Part shown: positions 46,586 through 56,179 of the stretch, piece by piece
How positions within the stretch are numbered: the first letter of the stretch is position 1
Layout: each line of letters begins with the position of its first letter
Assembly (NCBI GenBank): GCA_025201805.1
Contig: MU619295.1
Location: forward strand, 114,351-170,529
Source of the DNA: Parasitella parasitica NRRL 2501
Lineage: Eukaryota; Fungi; Mucoromycota
Length of the DNA stretch: 56,179 bases
Direction of reading: 5' to 3'
Program-made: the position numbers and the translations under genes
The notes under the pieces: generated by a model
Told to the model about the DNA's origin: nothing
What the model saw: the letters and a program-made list of their open reading frames with translations, nothing else
Databases searched by the model: none

Positions 46586-47566
46586 ATGTCCTCTGTTACA
46601 AAAACTGCTATCACCGGTAAAACAACTGCTGAAGGGATCGTGAAATTCTACCACACCGACTTGAAGGGCAAGGTGGTCATTGTCACTGGATCTAATTCTG
46701 GCATTGGCTTGGAAACAGCTCGTGTGCTTTCCTCTGTAGGTGCTAAAGTCATCATCCCTTGTAGAACCCTTGCAAAATCAAATGGTGCTATCGATGAAAT
46801 CAAGAAGACTGTACCGCAGGCCGATTTAATACCCATGCAGTTGGATTTGTCCGATCTTTCTTCGATCAAGGCCTTTGCCATTGAATTTTTGTTGCTTGAT
46901 CTACCCCTCAACATCCTCATCAACAATGCTGGCATCATGGCTTGTCCCAAATCCTTTACTAAAGACGGCTTTGAGACTCAATTTGGCGTCAATCATCTAG
47001 GCCACTTTTATCTCACGAAATTACTAACTGAAAAGTTAACGTCAAGTGCGCCCTCTCGTGTGGTTATTGTTAGTTCAAGCGGTAACAGTCAACTTTTGGG
47101 TAGCTCTGGCATTGATTTCGATAACCTGAGTGCTGAAAAGAAATATAGTCCTGCTAACGCCTACGGGCAATCCAAACTTGCAAACATCCTTTATGCAAAA
47201 GAGCTGCAACGTTGGTTTGATGCTGAAGACATGGATGTTACTGTTACAAGTCTTCATCCAGGTAATGTACAATCCAATTTGGCTCGCCATGTTTCTGTCT
47301 CAATGGCTTTTGATATGATTTGCAATATGCGAAACTGCAAAACATCTCTCGAGCAAATCCTGAATCGCAAAACAGTCCAAGTTGGTGCTTCAACAAATGT
47401 CTATTGCGCTGTTTCCCCCGATGTAGAAAAGGGCAAGTTTTATAGCGATAATGCTGTGAATGAAAATCTTTTAAACGAACAAGTAAATAATCAAGACATG
47501 GCAAAACGACTTTGGGATATTTCAGAGAAGCTTTTAGCTGAAAAAACGTTTCTTGGTACACTTTAA
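46586..47566 (+). CDS. short-chain dehydrogenase/reductase (RDH12/WWOX-like), intronless
   Basis: Motifs TGSNSGIG, LDLSDL, NNAG, NHLGHF, YGQSK and LHPG. Confidence 0.93.
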   Translation: MSSVTKTAITGKTTAEGIVKFYHTDLKGKVVIVTGSNSGIGLETARVLSSVGAKVIIPCRTLAKSNGAIDEIKKTVPQADLIPMQLDLSDLSSIKAFAIEFLLLDLPLNILINNAGIMACPKSFTKDGFETQFGVNHLGHFYLTKLLTEKLTSSAPSRVVIVSSSGNSQLLGSSGIDFDNLSAEKKYSPANAYGQSKLANILYAKELQRWFDAEDMDVTVTSLHPGNVQSNLARHVSVSMAFDMICNMRNCKTSLEQILNRKTVQVGASTNVYCAVSPDVEKGKFYSDNAVNENLLNEQVNNQDMAKRLWDISEKLLAEKTFLGTL

Positions 47567-47837
47567 TAAACCAACTTTTTACATTGAATACGCGAAACAA
47601 GGTGTATTTTTTTTTTTTTTTTTTTTTNNNNNNNNNNTTCAAGTTGATGTTAGAAAAGTATTGTCGAGTATGCTTTGTGAAATACAACAGATCTAAGAAT
47701 TCATAATAGAAAAAGGTCATAGAATGGCTTTGAAAGCTAATTATATAATAGTTTATAATTCATACAATTATTTCGTTTCAGGTAGAAAACAAATTAAATA
47801 TTTAAGTCGTTATTAGGTATATATACTTGTACAATTG

Positions 47838-50800
47838 CTAGTTCGTTGCTACCAGAGAATCTGGTTCTTCTTCTATTACGTCTTCGTTTCCCTCTTGTTC
47901 AGCAGTTTCTTTGCTTTGGATGCTTTTCTCCAAGGAGTCACAGTAATTTTGATACTTGATGATTTCATGCAGCATGTATTTTGACTTGGATTCCCAATTG
48001 GCAAGTGCTCTTGTTTGATTTTGTCCCTTTTGTCGAAACTATATATGCACACAAATACATACAAAAAGAGATTAGTTGCTGCTGTTTAGAGATTAGCATG
48101 TCCATACCTTCACCATGATCTTTTGCTTGATTTCCCGATGCTCGTTTATCTCTTCATTCAACTGGTTTACATATGTTTGCATACTTTCAAGCTGTGCCCT
48201 TTCATCCAAAACGCTGGACACCATAGTAGGTGCAGGTGGTATCCAAAGTGATACATTTACATTATTGGAATCATGTACACAATCGCCAGCAGAGATTTTT
48301 TTCCCCTCACTCTGTGCAGCATCCGAATCCAAAACAACATCCTCCAAACACCTTCCCCAGCCGTATTCCAGATTACCGATACCGCCCTGTAATGGCTCTT
48401 TACTTTGACGTGCTGCCCAATAATTGCATGTGGATACCCATTCGACTAGCTGTTCGTTTGAGGTAGTCTGAATCAAATACACTCCACCATTTGGTTCCTG
48501 GATAGCAAATACGTGGGGCCTCGATTTGTTGTATCCAGGAGGAGGGAGCGCATTCGACAGAGAGTGATTCAGTTCAATTGAGCCAACAAGATGGGAGTAA
48601 TTCTAAATATATGGTTGTGTCAGCAGCATTGAAACAAGGTGAAGCAGACGGCATTTGTTATACTCACTGCCCATCGCTGAGAACTGCTCTGTGTAACACC
48701 GTCATACGAGGCTGCAGCATTTAGGTTATTGGCACTACCACTGCTGGTGACATTCTGGTAATTCTTTGATAGGCTGCCTGTTAAATTGGCAAAGCCTGCG
48801 CTACTTGCCCTCAGGACATTGCGTCTTCCTGATGATATAGAATTGCTGTCATTGCTACTATCTGGTTGGAGGCCATACATTTTCAGCTCTCCTTGGCCAA
48901 CTACCAGCAGGCATTCTCTCCATTCACGATGCTTTGCCTTTTGATTCGCACTCTCCAACAAACGTTTTCGCATAACTATACCCTCTTTCAAGTAAGGGGG
49001 TCGATTAGCAAAGAGGTCGGCAGTGTGTGCGTCCATAAAGCTCATTATATGGCTTGGATTAGGCGAAAGCTGTGAGCTGTTGGAAGAGACTGTCGTTCTA
49101 GGAGTCAATGAGCTTGAGTTGGAATGGCTTGAAGAAAATGAATCTCTGCGATTGCTGCGGACGGATTTGCTTCTACGAGGGAAGCTAGGATAATGCTGTC
49201 GAGTGTTGGAACTAGAGCTTTTCCGGGGCTAATTTTTTTACAGTTGAGATGGCAGAAAAAAAAAAAAAATATCGGATTGTACAACTTACTGAAGGTTCAT
49301 CCAAGAATAGCATACTATCACGAGCGGAAGATGTCTTGTGTATCATTGTATTCAAACTACGTTTGATATCATTCATGCGTTTTCCACCTATCATGCTCAT
49401 TCTTTTGCTGCTTGTTGGCGCAGACACGGACAAAAATGAGTTTTCGTCGCCAGTGCTCAGACCGGAATCCTCCATGTTATACTGCATTGGCTGCAAGATT
49501 TGGTAATTCTTGACAGAAATATACAAATCTTTCAAATACGCTTCAATGTGTGCCTCCCAGGCAAGCATAAAATTCGGCTTCTTTGCTGCCCATATAGGAT
49601 CTGTCTTTTGTTGGTCTTTGATAGTCGACATTGTATTTTTGACAAAGGCTTGTCTTGTCATTCGGGTATAGTTTCCTTGGGCCACATGTAAATCCGTGTT
49701 TAGTAATAATAAGGAGTAGACCACGGCGTAAACAATGTCTGTAGACGGGGAATAAGTTTGTATCATACCGGGAGTGATCATTATTCGACTACTAACCTGC
49801 ACTCCCAAAGATGGCTTTGGGGTTACACTGCCAATATCTCTTTGCAAAAGCTTCAAGAATACGATCGATTTGTTGCGCCTCGGCACGAAAGTAGAGCTTG
49901 GAGCACACCTTTCTATTTTCATAGATGCATTTATCAGTATGCATTGTTAAAAGTTTCTTGGCTCAGTCGCCAGCATATACCTGAATGCAGTATCTATTCT
50001 CATGGTTGCGAATTCAAAATAGCCCATGTATTCAGTCAATGTGTTTGCATGCAATTCTTTGCTATTTTTTTAGTGTTGAAAAAAGCAAATTTAGTTTCTC
50101 CAACAAGCTGTCAAAGAGACTACCTACCTTTGACCTAGCCATTCAGCAATTCTCTCTCGATGCACAAAGGTCTCATCTTCTTCCCATAATCGTGATGCAC
50201 ATTGTTTTGGACTATCAGATATCTCTTCTGTCAAGTCGATCACTTTGACAGATATATCGTCTTTCTCGTTATCAGCCTCATTATCAATTTCGCCATCAGC
50301 CTCATCTTCAGTTGCAGGATTTGGCGTGAGAGGTAAAGACTTCTCCAAGTCTGATTGCTTAAAGTGTGCATCTTTCTCTGGCACAGTTGGAGGAGCAGAA
50401 ATGAAAGGTGTGGGAAGGGGAGGCACAGTATCCGCAGACGTGTAGGATTGCTGCTCATTCGCATTTTGATCTGTTGATTGCTGATGATCTGACATAATGT
50501 GTTTTGCACTGCCCTGGCCACTCTGTCGCTTCCAGTTTATCATGGATTGAACTACATCCTCAGGCGGCGGTCTGCTCTTTCTCTTCTGTGATTTTGTATC
50601 TGTTGATGACGAAGCTAATATGCTGATCATCAAGCCCCCAGCACTTCCAAAATGGCCTCCACTTAATCGTTTTGATAGTCTCGCTTCGATCTTTTCTCTC
50701 TCTACGTCTTCCAAAGAGGCGTCTGTTGCATCGACAAACACATCGCTTTGGTTGCCGAGAGAATATTCATCTTCCTTTTTAATCGAATCAGCATCGTCGT

Positions 50801-51980
50801 CCTCATCATCATCGTCGTCTTCTATTTCATAGCTACTGTCATCTTCGCTATCCTCGGCAATCTGGCTTTCTGTGATCAAGCGGGCTGAATTTCTAGTTTG
50901 CATATTACTGGCAACAATAGAAACAAGATCAGTTTCGTTTGCTGGGTCTTTGTCCGTCACCTCAAGCTTTGCTGAATCGGTCTCACTGGTAGGAGCTTTT
51001 GTGTTTGAAGTACTATTCACATTCTCATTCGAATCGGCGTAAACAGATTCAGGGCCAAATGTGCTATAGATGGAGTGAGAGCCGATCGATTTATTTGTTG
51101 ACGCAATGGACCATCTGGCTACTTCACTCTGAGGTGGACTAGGTATATGCGCGGCTTTTGATCTGCTGTATGCTGATGGCTGTTGACCTACTTCGTACAG
51201 GTGGTATTGCGGTTTATATACATGATTGTTGGCTAAAATTACAGGTTTATCACTCATGCTATGGTTCACAATAGGGGCCATCACAGGGGATTCGGATTCA
51301 TCTTGAGTGTCATCCTGATCTTCTTCATCCTCGTGCAAGATATCGTTTTCGTTAATTCTGCTACTACTGTCGTGTGCTGTTGGATCGGGATGTTGCTTGT
51401 ATTGGTTTTGAAATAACGCGCTAATGTTCTCCCCATTTGATCTCTTGTCTAGCGATTTGCTTCTCTTTTTAAATATCTTTCCAAAGCCCTTGGCAGTTTG
51501 AGCAACACTGTTTCCACTCGATTTCTGCTGAATTAAGGTTAGACATTTATCTTTTTTGGAGCACAAAACAGGGTGTCTGCAAGGTGAGCTAACCTTTTTT
51601 GAGTTCAAATTCTCTGCTATCAAATCCTCGGCTCGTATACCCAATAGTGTCTCGTACTTCTTCCTTGGTGGTGCTGTCGCTGTGCCTGGAAGTGAAGTGG
51701 ACGATACTCCTGATTTTTGTTGTGAAGCAATTGGCTTTCGTTTGATTTTCTGTTGCCCATGAATAGGAGGCAGGCTTGCGGATACTTTGGCTGATGTCGA
51801 CTTTGATGGCGTAACTATGAGAGATGCCGTTGCATTTGATGACTTGAACCGAGATAAAAAGCTGCCTTTCGTTGATTTATTGCTGTTCCATATTGATGAC
51901 GATATCGAACTGGATGTATCTGACTGTGGTAAGTTGGGTGCTGCTGAAACTGACATGGATCTTCTTTTGTTTCTACTCAT
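47838..51980 (-). CDS. Sec7 plus PH domain Arf guanine-nucleotide exchange factor (Yel1/Syt1/EFA6-like), multi-exon
   Basis: IAEWLGQ; Sec7 segment KLYFRAEAQQIDRILEAFAKRYW and VVYSLLLLNTDLH; PH segment KEGIVMRK..WREC..RPHVFAI..EWVSTCNYWAARQSKEPL. Confidence 0.88.
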
Positions 51981-53691
51981 ATTTTATTGAAAAATGCCAC
52001 TTTATGAGCAAGAGAAGNNNNNNNNNNNNNNNNNNNNNNNNNNNNNNAAAAAAAAAAAAAAAAGAACAATGGTAAAAAGAGAAGAGATTACAAATGGCTT
52101 GGAGCACAAAGGGACTATACTAATAATTTTACGTTTGAGACAACAAGGCTCTTGTGTTACAAGAGTAACAATGTAATCATACGTTCATTGTAATTGGAAT
52201 TTGAGCACATGGAACAAGAGAAATCTATTCATTGTGTAGCAACTTGCATAATAAGCAGCATTAACTCACAAATATTCATTATTCATTTGGAAGCGTGAGC
52301 CATCAATTACTGCCACACAAATACATACAAACACACACATACTCACACACACTCACAGAGTGTACAGACCCCCTTTTTTTTTAGGCTCCCTGCTATATAT
52401 CGGTCCTCACCCCCCCCCCTCTTTTTATGGTCCTGAAAATAGATATAATATAACACTTAATAAACCTTTTAGAATTATTTCAAGGAACTATGCCAGTAAT
52501 TGTACTAATTTAAATTAGCTTTTGATTGCTGTCCTCAATGGCGTCCTATTTTCTTTTTGTGATGGTTACATTTAAACATTTAGGAGTGCCTCTTTATTCT
52601 GAAATATTGGCAGATACGCGATTTGCAACATCCAATCTTGTATTTACTTGTACACTAAAGCTTGATAAGTGATATAAACTTTTAGCCCTATCAAGGCTTG
52701 ATACATGACACTTAGTTTCTGTATACATTCCTCATTTTAATAGCTTTCTAAACGCAAGCTCGCCTTGGGGGGAAAAACACGCTTTTAATCAGGAATATAC
52801 TCTAAAAAAAATCAATCTTGGATGGTAAAGAATTGCATTCTATGCTTGAAAATAACTATTGCGTCAGTTTTAGACACTATGGAAAAACTTTTGTATGTGT
52901 AAATAAAAAACATGCAGGAACTCTTTGTTTTTTGCATCAAAGTGTTTGTTTCATAATTCATTATGCAAAATCTTGAGTTTTCTGCAGCAAACGCTTTGGA
53001 GGTTTTATCGCTCTATCTCGTTACTGTGTAAAGATAATGTCTTCTAATCAGTGATATACAATACGGCGTGTTAACTTCCACTGAAAATCTTAAAGATTTG
53101 TACAACTACATTGTAAAACATAGTAGGGGAAGTCAATGAAGGTATTTGGGTGTCCTTTTCCAAAAAAAAATTCAAGGGCCTAGGAGCACTAACAAAATCT
53201 GGTGGGAGCTTATCTACGTTTCCGCTCATGTCAGCATTGTTGCATTGCTGTTACATTCAAACCTTCAGATGCAAAACATATCTTTATATACGTCCTGTTT
53301 AAAACTGAGCGCGCTTACCCTTGATACAAATTACATACTTTCTTGAGTAGAAACCTTGAAACGGAGGAACGGACAATAGATGGAACAATATGAAGATTCA
53401 AAGCCTACATAGAGAAGCCCTCAAATAGGGGATTTGACTACCTGGTTATTACCATCAAACGCAAAATTTACTTTATTTTTAATCAGATTGATTTACCAAA
53501 TTTTTGTGGCAGCGACGTCAAGTCCCAAGCACAAAAATTCATCATTCCTGAAATAACGAACCTGTAGAGCAAAGCCGCTCATTGAACGCAGCTAGTAGAT
53601 GATATACACAAATGGAAAAGAAAAAGGACATTCTTTATTAGTCGGTGGTTGCTGAATAGAGAGAAGAGCATAAGAGTCCTTTCTGTTTGGT

Positions 53692-55914
53692 TTAATTTGA
53701 TAGTGGTAAACCACACATCTCACAATTTTCAATTCCAGGTGGATTGGAAAATGTACAATGTCTGCAACTGATGGGAGCAGCAGGAGCTCTTGATCCTCCA
53801 ACTGAAGAAGAATTTCCAGCTTGTGAATTTGCCCTAGCATCTCCTTCTAAGTATACATGTAAAATATGCTGGTTAATCATCTTTTGATACAAAAAAAGAA
53901 GTTTCTTGAACCTCTTACCTGCTTCTTTTAAAACCATTCGAAGAGTGTTCCAGCCATTCAAACGATTTAGTTCATCTATGTTTCCATCCGCACTAGTCAC
54001 CAAGCGACAAAAATGATTGAATTCTTCCAGCGAAAATGTATCTGTGGATTGAATGAAGCATAATACATGGAAATCAGCCAAGACTTTCTTTAACTGATCA
54101 GACGTATGTGCTGAATTAATGCATTTTGAAAGTGCAGAGACGTCTTGATGGGATAAGCCTTCTCTGTTTTCTATAGGAAAGGCAGGTTCAGCATTAAATA
54201 GCGGCAATGGGTTATGAGGGAAACCATTGGTAACCTAAAGCAAATAGAACAATGATGTAAGTCAAGACAAAAAGTTCCTTCATGGGCCACAGCTCACGCA
54301 GTAAAACTTACATTAACCAACAAGTATTCTACTGGGAAAGTAGGTTTCGCAGGTTGCTTGACTACAAGATTATACTCGTTTTTGAATTTGTAAAACACTT
54401 CGGGAACATAACGTTCATGAGGAATACTGTCTTTTACACGCATCACAGATGGCTTTTTACTGGGTTCTATAATGTCAGCCTCTTGCAGTGCAGTTAATGT
54501 ATCAGATACTTGATAGGCCGTAACATCGATATTTCCTTCTGTATCGCCAGAAATAACACAGGTGACAAACTTGGAGCTATATTTGCCAGAAACCGAATGT
54601 TTGCTGATGTTGGGATGGCGTTGCTGCATTTCAGCTGCAAAAACACACTCCAAGGACGACAAGAAGTAAGAATCTATATGGCGCTTCGCAACAACACTAC
54701 CATTTCCTGTGCCATCATCAACCAAATCTGAAAAAATCATACCCACTTGAACTAGTCCACATGCTTCCGCTACCTGATTCACTTTTGCCTCTTGTTCCCA
54801 AGGTAGCGTCAATCTAATGCCGTCTGAATGGTTCTCTTGCGGAGGTTCGTAGATAGCTTCGACTACTGCTTTGATACCCAAGGGCACATCAAGGTAGGGC
54901 TCGTAATGACCATATAAATATCCAAACCGTTGCGACCCTGATAAACGCCAGTAGTTTAAAAAGTTCTCGATCAATGATGGTGATGAAAATTCGATGTGAT
55001 CTACCATACGATATGACTGCAATTGATTGTTCAGATTGCCTTTCTTTTCAACTTTAATTCAAATTGTACTCACTTGTCTTTGAAGCGTAATGGCGCTGGG
55101 TTGGCATTTAGTGCAAATTCCCTCCGGCCATGGAGCATGGCCGCCTGAACATGGAATTTTCACCTTGAAATTTTGTTCTTCCAAAGAAGGGATACTATTA
55201 CTGGATGCTGCCACGTTCTTTGATTGCTGCGCTGTATTTATTTGTCGTAAATAAGCATGAAATGACATATGTTTGATTTTTTTTTCTTCAAGATAGGTGG
55301 CATCATAGGGCTATCGAGTAACACGATTAGTGTTGTTTGCAAAATGACATCAAGTGAAGCTTTACCTCTAACGGCATACAGTAATCGCACATGGCATTAG
55401 CACCGTGGCGACAGCTACAAAGAGAATTGATTATCAGCCTACTGCAGTTATCACCAGCTTGACTATACTTGTTTTACAATTTAGGATCTTTTTTGCGGTC
55501 GATCAATCCTCGTTGATTCTCTAAAAAGTCATCTACTTGGTCTTGTTTGACATTAATGGGATTGTTTTCGACAGAATCACCATTAGAAATATCCTGGTGT
55601 AATTCTAGAGGCTCAACATAGCTCACATACACAATATCACCATGTCTAAATTGTCGATAGATAAGAATATACGTCAAGATCAGCAGCATTTAGTTTAGAA
55701 ATTACTTTAATCCTGCGTCAGTTATCGTTCTATCTGCCAACTGCGATAAAGCAGTAGCTGTTGATGGGTTAGGATCTTTGCCCATGACGATTGTGGAAAC
55801 GTCTTGAATTTTCAGAATTTCTGCTATCTTTTGAGCCAAGTCTGCAAAGGTTTCATTGCCTTCAACCTGAACTCGGTTCATTCCTTCTTTAGAGCGTATA
55901 CGAAGTAGCTGTTT

Positions 55915-55946
<32 letters not shown>

Positions 55947-55991
55947 ATGAATTGCGTTGCTTCGAGACACTCAAATCAAATAGCTTACCAT
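53692..55991 (-). CDS. NPL4: nuclear protein localization protein 4 (Cdc48/Ufd1 cofactor) with a C-terminal NZF zinc finger
   Basis: Motifs LLRIRSKEG, CRHGANAMCDYCMPLEPYD, GHAPWPEGICTKCQPSAITLQ, VPLGIKAVVEAIYEPPQ, FPVEYLLV and CRHCTFSN...CEMC. The first coding exon is the ATG alone (55989-55991). Confidence 0.95.
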
Positions 55992-56179
55992 TTTTTATGT
56001 ACTTTGCTGTTGTTGCAGCTGTGAAAAAGAAAGAGAGAGAGACAAGAGAACCGTATACACTTTCATATCCTCTTTTTTTACTTGAATTCAAGTACGCAAT
56101 ATGCCATTGTCGTGACTGGTGCTGCTTATTACAGTTGACGAAACTAGGTTGGGCCAATGAAAATAAATTTTGGTCATTT

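Noticed and set aside
1-56179. tRNA, rRNA, spliceosomal snRNA or TPP riboswitch
   Set aside because: No hallmark motifs were recognised by eye. A covariance-model scan would be needed to exclude them.

Overview
AT-rich, intron-dense eukaryotic DNA, most consistent with a Mucorales fungus (short 50-80 nt GT-AG introns, Mucoromycota-type gene families). About 15 host genes can be reconstructed by splicing: a CP2/Grainyhead transcription factor, a B-box plus DUF2009 protein, a small PP1-docking protein, a GH17 glucanase, a GPI-type cell-surface protein, an RGS-transmembrane (Rax1-like) protein, a family III CoA-transferase, a TLDc/OXR1 gene essentially missed by the ORF track, G6PD, a coiled-coil protein, a GT4 trehalose phosphorylase, a SAM methyltransferase, an SDR, a Sec7-PH Arf-GEF and NPL4. 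There is also a PD-(D/E)xK nuclease-like gene. Mobile DNA includes a near-complete Ty3/Gypsy retrotransposon (frameshifted, 5' LTR running into an assembly gap), a Crypton/Ndc10-like tyrosine-recombinase relic, a Tc1/mariner relic, and a 431-bp inverted-repeat-bounded element upstream of OXR1 that is either a MITE or a structured RNA. Several genes need 3-7 nt micro-exons and one needs a GC-AG intron. No single novel system can be proven from sequence alone. All calls come from manual reading and recalled motifs, without database searches.
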